From Patescibacteria group bacterium (lineage in GTDB: Bacteria > Patescibacteriota > Microgenomatia > UBA1400 > Chisholmbacteraceae): a stretch of DNA of 64,000 nucleotides. Position 1 is the stretch's first letter. Every line of letters begins with the position of its first letter. The position numbers and the translations under genes were made by a program. This document shows positions 49,753 through 56,854 of this stretch, in pieces. The stretch is from contig JADFLW010000003.1 in assembly GCA_022564195.1 (NCBI GenBank), positions 12,747 through 76,746 of the forward strand, written 5' to 3'. The notes beneath the pieces are model-generated. The model did no database searches. It was not told where the DNA came from and was given only the letters and a program-made list of their open reading frames with translations.

Positions 49753-49998
49753 ATGGCAAAGGCAAAACAATCAGGAAAAGCCACGCAGCGAACGACCCGA
49801 CCAGGAAAGCGTCTGGGGGTGAAGATTTTTGGTGGCCAAAAGGTAAAAACCGGAATGATCATTGTCCGTCAGAAAGGCAGCAAGTACCATCCGAGTCAGG
49901 GAGTTGGTATGGGCCGGGATCATACACTTTTCGCACTAAAGGACGGAGTCGTAGAGTTTAAAGTACGCCGCGGAAGGCGAATCATCATGGTACAGTAA
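49753..49998 (+). CDS. rpmA: 50S ribosomal protein L27
   Basis: [48 protein letters not shown]. Confidence 0.95.
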   Translation: MAKAKQSGKATQRTTRPGKRLGVKIFGGQKVKTGMIIVRQKGSKYHPSQGVGMGRDHTLFALKDGVVEFKVRRGRRIIMVQ

Positions 49999-50008
49999 CC
50001 AAGAGATT

Positions 50009-50824
50009 ATGGAGAACAACGAGAAAAAGCCCAGCGAGCTTCAGATCGACCAACTGCAACCGAACCCCCTTCAGCCGCGAGGATCAATTACTCCCGATAC
50101 ACTCCAGGATCTGGTGGAGTCTATCAAGGAGCACGGCGTTTTGGAGCCTCTGATCATTGCCCATACCCCAGCCGGGTACCAAATCATTGCCGGAGAGCGT
50201 CGCTGGAGGGCAGCCAAAATTGCGGGCTTGAGTGAAGTTCCGGTGATCCTCAAAGAAACAACTCCGCGTGGAATGCTAGAAATGGCCTTAGTGGAGAATG
50301 TTCAGCGAACCGACCTGAATCCGATCGAGCGGGGAAAGGCATTTCAGCGTCTCGTGACCGAATTCAACCTCACAACTGGAGAAGTCTCAAAGAGAATCGG
50401 CAAAAGCGCCTCATTTGTCTCAAATACCCTGCGCATCCTAACGCTCCCAGACGCGCTAAAAGATGGGGTGTTAACCGGGATGATTACTGAGGGACACGCG
50501 CGAGCCCTGGCAGCAATCGAAGATGAAGCAGTCATGATCGAGGCATACAAGATCGTTCTGCGTGAAGCAGGCTCAGTTCGCCGCGCCGAAGAGCTAGCAA
50601 GAAGAATGAAAAAGAAAAAGCGGCGCAGTCTCCTGGATGATCAGCTCATTGTAGACAAAAAAATCGACAGAATGCAGGAGGAAATGACAAACGCGCTTGG
50701 TGAGAGATCAAGAGTTTCATTGAAACGATCAAGAGTGGAAACGAAGCTGGCTATTGTGTTGAAGGGCACACCCACAGACACAGAGAAAAACCTCAAAAAA
50801 ATCTACAAAGCCATAATCTCCTAG
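50009..50824 (+). CDS. parB: Chromosome partitioning protein ParB/Spo0J
   Basis: LQPNPLQPRG, IIAGERRWRAAKIAGL, HTH region LTTGEVSKRIGKSASFVSNTLRIL. Confidence 0.9.
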   Translation: MENNEKKPSELQIDQLQPNPLQPRGSITPDTLQDLVESIKEHGVLEPLIIAHTPAGYQIIAGERRWRAAKIAGLSEVPVILKETTPRGMLEMALVENVQRTDLNPIERGKAFQRLVTEFNLTTGEVSKRIGKSASFVSNTLRILTLPDALKDGVLTGMITEGHARALAAIEDEAVMIEAYKIVLREAGSVRRAEELARRMKKKKRRSLLDDQLIVDKKIDRMQEEMTNALGERSRVSLKRSRVETKLAIVLKGTPTDTEKNLKKIYKAIIS

Positions 50825-50861
50825 ACCCCCATACCAAACCCTAAAACCCTAAACCCTATAC

Positions 50862-51437
50862 TTAATATGCTGCCTCAGCGATGAATCCAACCCGCTGAGG
50901 AGGCCAATACCGCACCCATGCCCGACCGACGATATTCTCCGCCGGCACTGGACCCCAACCACGTGAATCGCTCGAATGTCCCCGGTTATCCCCGAGAACG
51001 AAGTACTCATCTTCTCCAAGACGTAGGGTAAAGGGTTTATTTCCAGGTGTGCCTGTTCCAAAGGCAGTTTCATTGGGAAGATAGGCTTCCGAAAGCGTGG
51101 TCCCATTGACCAAAATTTCCCCTTCTTGGATTGTGATGGTCTCCTGAGGCAAGCCGACGATGCGTTTGACAAAGTCGCATTGCAGTTCCAGAGGGCAGCG
51201 TGCACTCGGCGGCGCACGGAAAATAATCACGTCACCTCTCCTCGGATCGTTGAATCGATAGGAGAACTTATCGGTCAGAAGGTACTCTCCATCCAAGAAA
51301 TTGGGCCACATCGAATTCCCGTTGATCTGGTGTGGCTGGATCAAGAAAAGGTAGATAATCACAAAAATGGCCATAGCAACGACGACCGTCTCGATGATGT
51401 CCAAAAAAAAGCGGGCAATCAACCGCAGAAGCTTCAT
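50862..51437 (-). CDS. lepB: Signal peptidase I
   Basis: N-terminal TM, GNSMWPNF (catalytic Ser box), GDNRGHSSDSR. Confidence 0.9.
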   Translation of the reverse strand: MKLLRLIARFFLDIIETVVVAMAIFVIIYLFLIQPHQINGNSMWPNFLDGEYLLTDKFSYRFNDPRRGDVIIFRAPPSARCPLELQCDFVKRIVGLPQETITIQEGEILVNGTTLSEAYLPNETAFGTGTPGNKPFTLRLGEDEYFVLGDNRGHSSDSRGWGPVPAENIVGRAWVRYWPPQRVGFIAEAAY

Positions 51438-51476
51438 GAGCGTATTATGCCTCTCCTTTCGCCCGAAGGCAAGAAC

Positions 51477-51485
51477 TGATATAAT
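51477..51485 (+). promoter_or_regulatory. Extended -10 (TGaTATAAT) 11 nt upstream of tRNA-Val
   Basis: Read directly. Confidence 0.5.
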
Positions 51486-51496
51486 ACGAGATGGTT

Positions 51497-51572
51497 GGGC
51501 TCATAGCTCAATCGGCAGAGTGCTTCGTTCACATCGAAGAGGTTCCAGGTTCGAGTCCTGGTGAGCCCACCA
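51497..51572 (+). tRNA. tRNA-Val (anticodon CAC), CCA encoded
   Basis: 76-nt cloverleaf by eye. Acceptor GGGCUCA/UGAGCCC, D-stem GCUC/GAGU, anticodon stem CUUCG/CGAAG with loop UUCACAU, T-arm CCAGG-UUCGAGU-CCUGG, discriminator A, then CCA. Confidence 0.9.
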
Positions 51573-51574
51573 AT

Positions 51575-51910
51575 ATGAAAATCGTCTCTCTCGAGAAACT
51601 CAAAGATGAACCGCTGACTCACAGTCCTAAGATCAAGAAACGGGTTTTGCTAAAAAAAGGAGAGGTTCCTCATCTGACAAGTTTCTCACAAGCCACTTTC
51701 AAGCCTGGACAAATCGCCAGCGAACACGTCCATGAGGATATGTACGAAGTCTATTTAGTTCAAGGTGGAACGGGCCTGATCAAAGTCGATGGAAAAGTAC
51801 ACCAACTCAAAAAAGGCGACTGCGTGATGACTGAGCCAGGAGAGAACCACGAATTCATCAACACCGGCTCCGAGGACTTAGTCCTCACCTACTTCGGAAT
51901 ACAAAAGTAA
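51575..51910 (+). CDS. Cupin-domain protein
   Basis: Two cupin motifs: GQIASEHVHEDMYEVYLVQG and GDCVMTEPGENHEFIN. ATG 51575 is used because the track start 51491 overlaps the tRNA. Confidence 0.8.
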   Translation: MKIVSLEKLKDEPLTHSPKIKKRVLLKKGEVPHLTSFSQATFKPGQIASEHVHEDMYEVYLVQGGTGLIKVDGKVHQLKKGDCVMTEPGENHEFINTGSEDLVLTYFGIQK

Positions 51911-52001
51911 AGGAAATTCTTCTTAGGGAAAAAAGAAACCAAATAAGAACGCGTGTATGTAGGGATTGAAGAGAAAGAGAAAGCCAAACCCCAAAAAGGG
52001 G

Positions 52002-52032
52002 AGGTGAGATAGGCTCAGAGCCCACCTCACCT
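52002..52032 (-). terminator. Candidate intrinsic terminator of the island operon
   Basis: Minus strand: AGGUGAG-17 nt-CUCACCU followed by CCCCUUUUUGGGGUUUGG, about 170 nt after the stop of the last gene. Confidence 0.4.
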
Positions 52033-52199
52033 GTTCTCTCGCCGCCTCACAAGGCCATTGTAGGCCCAGAGTCCCAGGCCTCCCGCACATAGTGGGAAGA
52101 CGGAGGAAAATGACGAGATTGCTCAACACCTCTCGCACTTCAGTAAGCTCATGGATGCGATCCGACCGATAGCTAAGCGGCCGTGTGATCACGAGCGCG

Positions 52200-53639
52200 T
52201 CAGCTCTCCGCAACAGCTGCTGGGCGAGCAGGAGCCGGACGTCCGAGCCCGAGCTCCTCGGCGTAGTAGGTGATCGGTTTATCCCTCGTCTCCCTGATGA
52301 GGTCCTTTTGGGCGAACACCCACCGATTGGTAGCCTCATTGCCATTCCAGTAGACAGCTTTCACCCGCTTGATTTCGTCATACTGATCACTGGTGGTAAG
52401 GTTTTTAAGCTTCCGGCACTTCGACCTACCCACATTGATCTTCGGATGGTCAGCTAAAGGGTTGTCGGTGAACAACCACAAGAGAGTCGAGAGCGAAAGC
52501 ATCTTCTCCCGAGCAAAGTAGGCTTCGGTGGTCTGCTCCCCTCCTTGCTCATAGAGAACGTCGACGATGAGTGTCAGGCTTCGTTCCTTGCCGTCTCCGT
52601 TCGGCCGCGAGTCCCTGTACTGGCCTTTGATCGCCAGAAGCTCTGTGCCAAAGGCGATTGATTGGACGGAAATGGCTCCCGGAATCCAAGGCTGGCCTTC
52701 GGTTTTGAAGTCGCCTTCCGTTCTGAAGACCGGGCTGCGGGAATGGCCCTGGACGACCTTCGTCCCCGAGGTCTTGATCGCGATCACGCGTTTCCCGGAA
52801 GCCGTCAGCCGCCGAGCGCGCTTGATGAAAAACTCTCCCATCTGCACCCAGGCGAACATCGGGGTGACCCCTTCTGGCGCAGCATAGAGCTCCACTCGAG
52901 GATCTTCCAGATGGCCCATGAACAGCATATCATCGCTGAGGTCCGTGTAGTCCTCTTCCCGCTCTCCGGCGATGCAGGCCATGAGATGAAAGTCTGAGTA
53001 CTGATCCTCCTCCATCATCAACATCGCTGCCCTAAAAATCGCCCGTAGATTCATGGTCTTGCCAACTCCACCTGGACCGGCAATCCATAGACCGTGGCCT
53101 TCGCCGAGCGGCCATCCGCCACGGAAAATGATCCCGAGGACAGGTTCGTACTCTTCGTCCCAGGAAACCCGGCGATCGAAGTAGTCGAGTGGAAGAGGTT
53201 TGTTGGGATAGCGGCCGAAGATCTTGTTCTGATCCTCCTCGTCCGGCTTCGCAACCAAAGTGGGCCAATTTCGGACCACCGCAGCGTCCGTTTCCCCGTT
53301 GACGGAAATGATCTGAGTGATAGGGTCCGGAGGAACCTCTTCCTCGTTGTCGGATCTGCTGCTCGATCTGTCAGGCGGCTCCCGATAGAGGATAAGATCC
53401 CCTTCCCGTAATCCCCACAGCTCCACAGTAGGGGAAGGAATGAATCGGCCCCTTGCAAGGGACTCAGCAAAAATCTCACTCCTGGGGAATTTCGCCAACT
53501 TCTTGGCGTTTGGCGGGATGACCACCGTATCTGGAGTTCCCCATTTGCCGTATACAGGTCTCTGGCTCTGAGGGAGCTCCGAGAGGGGTCGTTGTAGTAC
53601 CAACCCACGCTTCGGTTTATCATCTTGTGTACTCAACAC
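52200..53639 (-). CDS. Divergent Rho-family ATPase homologue (Rho-like OB region + RecA-fold ATPase)
   Basis: By-eye collinearity with E. coli Rho:
- LREGDLILYREPP...IISVNGE vs LRTGDTISGKIRPP...KVNEVN;
- GLWIAGPGGVGKTMNL vs GLIVAPPKAGKTMLL;
- ACIAGEREEDYTDL vs LLIDERPEEVTEM;
- FIKRARRLTASGKRVIAI vs VIEKAKRLVEHKKDVIIL;
- SLTLIVDVL vs SLTIIATAL.
GTG 53639 (SD GGAAAGGAG 8 nt upstream) preferred to ATG 53699. Confidence 0.6.
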   Translation of the reverse strand: MLSTQDDKPKRGLVLQRPLSELPQSQRPVYGKWGTPDTVVIPPNAKKLAKFPRSEIFAESLARGRFIPSPTVELWGLREGDLILYREPPDRSSSRSDNEEEVPPDPITQIISVNGETDAAVVRNWPTLVAKPDEEDQNKIFGRYPNKPLPLDYFDRRVSWDEEYEPVLGIIFRGGWPLGEGHGLWIAGPGGVGKTMNLRAIFRAAMLMMEEDQYSDFHLMACIAGEREEDYTDLSDDMLFMGHLEDPRVELYAAPEGVTPMFAWVQMGEFFIKRARRLTASGKRVIAIKTSGTKVVQGHSRSPVFRTEGDFKTEGQPWIPGAISVQSIAFGTELLAIKGQYRDSRPNGDGKERSLTLIVDVLYEQGGEQTTEAYFAREKMLSLSTLLWLFTDNPLADHPKINVGRSKCRKLKNLTTSDQYDEIKRVKAVYWNGNEATNRWVFAQKDLIRETRDKPITYYAEELGLGRPAPARPAAVAES

Positions 53640-53647
53640 AAGTCTTT

Positions 53648-53679
53648 CTCCTTTCCTAGTGGGCCTCAGGCCCAACCGG
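53648..53679 (-). promoter_or_regulatory. Leader hairpin + SD motif (copy 1, before the Rho-like gene)
   Basis: RNA sense: CGGUU-GGGCC-UGA-GGCCC-ACUA-GGAAAGGAG-8 nt-GUG. Confidence 0.6.
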
Positions 53680-53720
53680 TCAGTCCGTTTTCCAGTCATT
53701 GCTGGATTGGGAACAGGCTA

Positions 53721-53750
53721 CCCTCTAGTAGTGGGCCTCTGGTCCAAAAG
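53721..53750 (-). promoter_or_regulatory. Leader hairpin motif (extra upstream copy, imperfect)
   Basis: RNA sense: UUGGACC-AGA-GGCCC-ACUACUAGAGGG, with one mismatch in the stem. Confidence 0.45.
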
Positions 53751-53996
53751 GAAATCTCTAGAGAGCATTCCGTTCCCAATCCGTACGCGTTCTTATTTGG
53801 TTGTCAAGGAGCTAATGCGAAGCATAAGCTCCGCACCCGCCAATATTTTTCGAGGGAGTATACGGCTGACTAAGCAGTAAGCCGACCATCGATAAAATAT
53901 GGTGGGAAAGTGCTATCCCGCTCAAGCGGGATCCAAATGCCCGCCCCAACAAACGCCAAATGTCTGTTTGCAGGCGTCTTATAAATTGTCAATTTT

Positions 53997-54063
53997 CCTC
54001 TGTTTCGCCCTCCGTAGCTTTAGCGTAGGGGGCTCATCAGTCAGCCTTTGGCTGAAACAGAAA
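53997..54063 (-). ncRNA. Hammerhead ribozyme motif, type III (HHR-C)
   Basis: RNA sense: UUUCUGU-U|UCAGCC-AAA-GGCUGA-CUGAUGA-GCCCCCUACGCUAAAGCUACGGAGGGC-GAAA-CAGAGG. Full catalytic core. Stems I and II are closed and stem III is open. Confidence 0.8.
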
Positions 54064-54225
54064 ACAACACAACAAAATCAAACTACAACCCCCTTCACAC
54101 AAACAAACAAACAAACAATTCATCAACCCCGCAAATGGGATTGAGATGTCTGCCGAATTTCGGTGAAGAGAGGGTGAGGGAGGGATCCCAAACTTCGGGA
54201 TCCCATTCCCATGTCAACGTCCCTC

Positions 54226-54576
54226 TTAGGACCGCCACGGTCTTCGGCCTATCCATTCGGCTGTTGGGAGGTCATTCCCGCGCCATCGTCCGTTGGATCG
54301 CAATGGATCCTCATTGACGACCTGACGTAAAAGCCCAATGGAAAGGGCGATCGCGCCGATGATGCCAACGAAAACGGCCAGGAAGCTCGAAACCAAACGC
54401 GAGAGTAGTGGAATGGACTCCACCAAATCTCGCTGAGCCGACGTTAACTCGCCGCCCGACGGAAAGCCAAATGCCGCAAACACATGAAGCGCGAATATGC
54501 CTCCCAGGAAAGGTAGGAGCAAATGAGGCCGATGAAAAGTGCTAAATGGACTCGGAAGTACCAGTCCGAAAACCAT
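54226..54576 (-). CDS. Small two-TM membrane protein (gene model uncertain)
   Basis: 116 aa. SD-like GAGGAG lies 9 nt before the ATG. Two hydrophobic spans (LLLPFLGGIFALHVFAAFGF, VSSFLAVFVGIIGAIALSIGLL). Overlaps the alternative model 54444-54677 in another frame. Confidence 0.4.
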   Translation of the reverse strand: MVFGLVLPSPFSTFHRPHLLLPFLGGIFALHVFAAFGFPSGGELTSAQRDLVESIPLLSRLVSSFLAVFVGIIGAIALSIGLLRQVVNEDPLRSNGRWRGNDLPTAEWIGRRPWRS

Positions 54577-54677
54577 TTCGGTACGCTCCTCTCATTCGGC
54601 TCTTTCCTCTTAGCTCCCAAAGGAGCACGTCCGCGATTCTTGCCGTTTCCCGCGATCCAACCCCTCAAAGTGATCAA
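54444..54677 (-). CDS. Alternative small one-TM ORF starting at UUG after a leader hairpin (gene model uncertain)
   Basis: The leader motif GGUUUGGCC-AGA-GGCCAA-CUACGAAGGGAGGAAGGAU sits directly before in-frame TTG 54677. 77 aa with one hydrophobic span. Confidence 0.35.
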   Translation of the reverse strand: MITLRGWIAGNGKNRGRAPLGAKRKEPNERSVPKWFSDWYFRVHLALFIGLICSYLSWEAYSRFMCLRHLAFRRAAS

Positions 54678-54679
54678 AT

Positions 54680-54716
54680 CCTTCCTCCCTTCGTAGTTGG
54701 CCTCTGGCCAAACCGG
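54680..54716 (-). promoter_or_regulatory. Leader hairpin + SD motif (copy 2)
   Basis: RNA sense: CGGUU-UGGCC-AGA-GGCCA-ACUACGAAGGGAGGAAGGA. Confidence 0.55.
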
Positions 54717-54914
54717 ATACTGGAACGCTTCATTGGGCGATTGATCCCGAATGAAGGATAAAACGGATAAGTCCGGGAGGAGCAGGTTCGAGAGAACCCA
54801 ACTCCTCTTTTTTTGGCTAGCGCCGATCAGATCAAGAGCAAGAGCAATGCATACCCCAGCCATTTCAACTGAACGTTTTGGAACATGATCGCTCCTTCCA
54901 TCGAATCGTCGTGA

Positions 54915-56537
54915 CTAAGACGACGAATCGTTCTCATCAACCTCTCGGAGTTGAGACGGTCTGGTTCGACCGCCTGACGATTTCCCGCGACGAAGCCGTA
55001 GCGAGACGCGCCCCCGTGACACCGCGGTATCCCCCGACGCCAAAGCGCTATCGTCGACTTCGCGTAGGGTAGAGGATCTCTTCGCCGGCTGCGCAACCTC
55101 CGGTGGTTGAGCCACATCCGTGACCCGATCCACCACAGTCGGCTGCAGTTCACGATACTTCTCTTGCACGTATCGCGCCTCGATGTCGGCGATGTGCCAT
55201 CCCTGACCGAGCAACCGGGCAAACAGCCTGAGCGTAATACCAGAGCGAAGGCAGAACGCGATCGCGTCGTCCCTCTCAAGACCAGCGTCTTCGATGCGCT
55301 TACGCTTGTAGAAGGTATCGCTGTCCCACAGCGCTTCGAGCTCTGCGCGAAATTTCGCGTTGTCTTGCTTGAGCTCGTCAAGCGAGCGGGTGATCACCGG
55401 ACGGCCCGGGAGTTCATCAGAGAACTCCTCCTGAACCTCCGCAATGGTGACCCCAGGCATAGCCAGTTCTTGCCCGATCTCGAAGCCTTCAAAGCTCCAA
55501 TGATCGGGATCCTCGACTGTGGCCTCGTCAATCGTGGAGGGTTCTGCCTTGATCCGAAGCAGGGCGTCGTAATGAACCATCACTGCCTGGAAAGCCTCCT
55601 CCGCCTGCGCATCGGTCGCGCCTCCAGCAAGGGCCTCCACTCCAGCTGCATTCGCTCGACTCTCAGCTGTGCCTCGAAGCTGTAGCATGAACGCTGCGCG
55701 TCGTCGAATCTTGCCCCGAGCATTCATGAAAGCGACGGCATTCTCCCTGTAGAGAGCCAAGTCGTGTGCCCGTGGCCCGGCCCTGGAGGGGAAGCTCAAG
55801 CTCATGACATCCTCTTTCTGGAATCTGCGCTTGTTCCACCACTTCCTGAGTCGACTCGTCTTGATATCATTATCGAGCAGGTCAGGATCGGTGCGGGCCA
55901 ACACGTCTTCGATCATCGTCGTCGGCGTCGCCGAGATATACATATCCTCCCCGGCCTTGAATAGGCTGGGAATGGTGACACCGCCTTTGCGATGTCGCAT
56001 CTCATCAGTGTAGATGAGATACCTGTCTTGGCGTTGCTGCCAGCGAAGGACGTGGTACGTAAGCGTCGGCGTGAGGAACGCAAGCACAGGCCACGCCCAA
56101 AACGCCATCCCCCATTCGGGGGCCGATGGGTCGATCAACTTGAAATCGGGGACGTCTGGCGAAACCGTGATCGCCGCTACAAATGCGCCCAACGCCAAAT
56201 TGATGAACGACACCGTGACAGCCAGGAGAAACGGCCCAAAGATGCTAAAACCGAAGGCGAAGGGAGACCATTTGAGAAACTCCGGCCAAACGTACGCCTT
56301 CTTGCTCATTTCCAGCACCTTTTCAAGCCTAACTCCTGCCTCGAGTTCGCGCGTCCGCTTCTTCTCACTCACGAGGAAGAAAAAGTCGAAGACACGCTGG
56401 ATCACCTTCTCCCCGAAAGGGAAGATCATCAGTGTTGCAGAGAAGATGATCCAGACGCAAACCACGATGATGGCAAGGCCAACATACGCGGCTGCATCCG
56501 ACGGAAGTACCTCTGAAAGGAACTCTTCGAACGTCAC
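54915..56537 (-). CDS. Membrane protein with about 4 N-terminal TM spans and a large soluble C-terminal domain; function unknown
   Basis: 540 aa. GTG start 8 nt after SD GAAGGAG. No nucleotide-binding motif seen. Confidence 0.6.
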   Translation of the reverse strand: MTFEEFLSEVLPSDAAAYVGLAIIVVCVWIIFSATLMIFPFGEKVIQRVFDFFFLVSEKKRTRELEAGVRLEKVLEMSKKAYVWPEFLKWSPFAFGFSIFGPFLLAVTVSFINLALGAFVAAITVSPDVPDFKLIDPSAPEWGMAFWAWPVLAFLTPTLTYHVLRWQQRQDRYLIYTDEMRHRKGGVTIPSLFKAGEDMYISATPTTMIEDVLARTDPDLLDNDIKTSRLRKWWNKRRFQKEDVMSLSFPSRAGPRAHDLALYRENAVAFMNARGKIRRRAAFMLQLRGTAESRANAAGVEALAGGATDAQAEEAFQAVMVHYDALLRIKAEPSTIDEATVEDPDHWSFEGFEIGQELAMPGVTIAEVQEEFSDELPGRPVITRSLDELKQDNAKFRAELEALWDSDTFYKRKRIEDAGLERDDAIAFCLRSGITLRLFARLLGQGWHIADIEARYVQEKYRELQPTVVDRVTDVAQPPEVAQPAKRSSTLREVDDSALASGDTAVSRGRVSLRLRRGKSSGGRTRPSQLREVDENDSSS

Positions 56538-56545
56538 ATCTCACA

Positions 56546-56575
56546 CTCCTTCGTAGTGGGACTCTGTCCCAACCG
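56546..56575 (-). promoter_or_regulatory. Leader hairpin + SD motif (copy 3)
   Basis: RNA sense: CGGUU-GGGAC-AGA-GUCCC-ACUACGAAGGAG-8 nt-GUG. Confidence 0.6.
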
Positions 56576-56782
56576 AATGAACCATACGCGTCGTTGCGCG
56601 TGGGCTCGAAAATGAACCCGACGGAGTCGGGGCCACATTAGAGCCCACTGCCTGACACGCAGGCACTCTCTACGAATGATCAATTCCCATCTTTCCTTTC
56701 TATAATCTTGTTGTGTTGTCAAAGTGCGTATCCCTCGCCCGTATACCACGCTCGCATTGAGCAGGTTTGAGTTTGGAATGTA

Positions 56783-56854
56783 TTCTGTTTCGTCCCTCCA
56801 TAGCTTATTAGCGACGGGGGACTCATCAGGTCCGACGTATATCGGACGACAGAA
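56783..56854 (-). ncRNA. Hammerhead ribozyme motif, type III (HHR-B)
   Basis: RNA sense: UUCUGU-C|GUCCG-AUAUACGU-CGGAC-CUGAUGA-GUCCCCCGUCGCUAAUAAGCUAUGGAGGGAC-GAAA-CAGAA. Classical GUC cleavage triplet. Confidence 0.85.

Larger units (their letters stand above)
53640..54225 (-). repeat. Intergenic cassette C (homologous to cassettes A and B)
   Basis: Shares with A/B the hammerhead module, a TTGACAA(C/T) box, the AAGTGCTATCCCG-hairpin module, the AACCCCGCnAnTGGGATTGA box (with A) and the leader hairpin. Confidence 0.8.

Noticed and set aside
50839-50860. CCCTAAA repeats as telomere-like sequence.
   Set aside because: There are only about three units, they are internal to a bacterial gene array, and they sit between two convergent housekeeping genes.
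51491-51574. ORF-track N-terminal extension of the cupin gene.
   Set aside because: It would be translated through tRNA-Val. ATG 51575, immediately after the tRNA, gives a normal cupin.
52018-52026. 9-nt match (gagcccacc) to the 3' end of tRNA-Val as a possible att core.
   Set aside because: It is too short to distinguish from chance, it lies inside the terminator/leader-like hairpin, and the other island end is not in the window.
56587-56670. The conserved ~85-nt block as a second known self-cleaving ribozyme (twister, twister-sister, pistol or hatchet) paired with the hammerhead.
   Set aside because: I could not align it to the consensus features I remember for those classes. It is reported only as an unclassified structured element.
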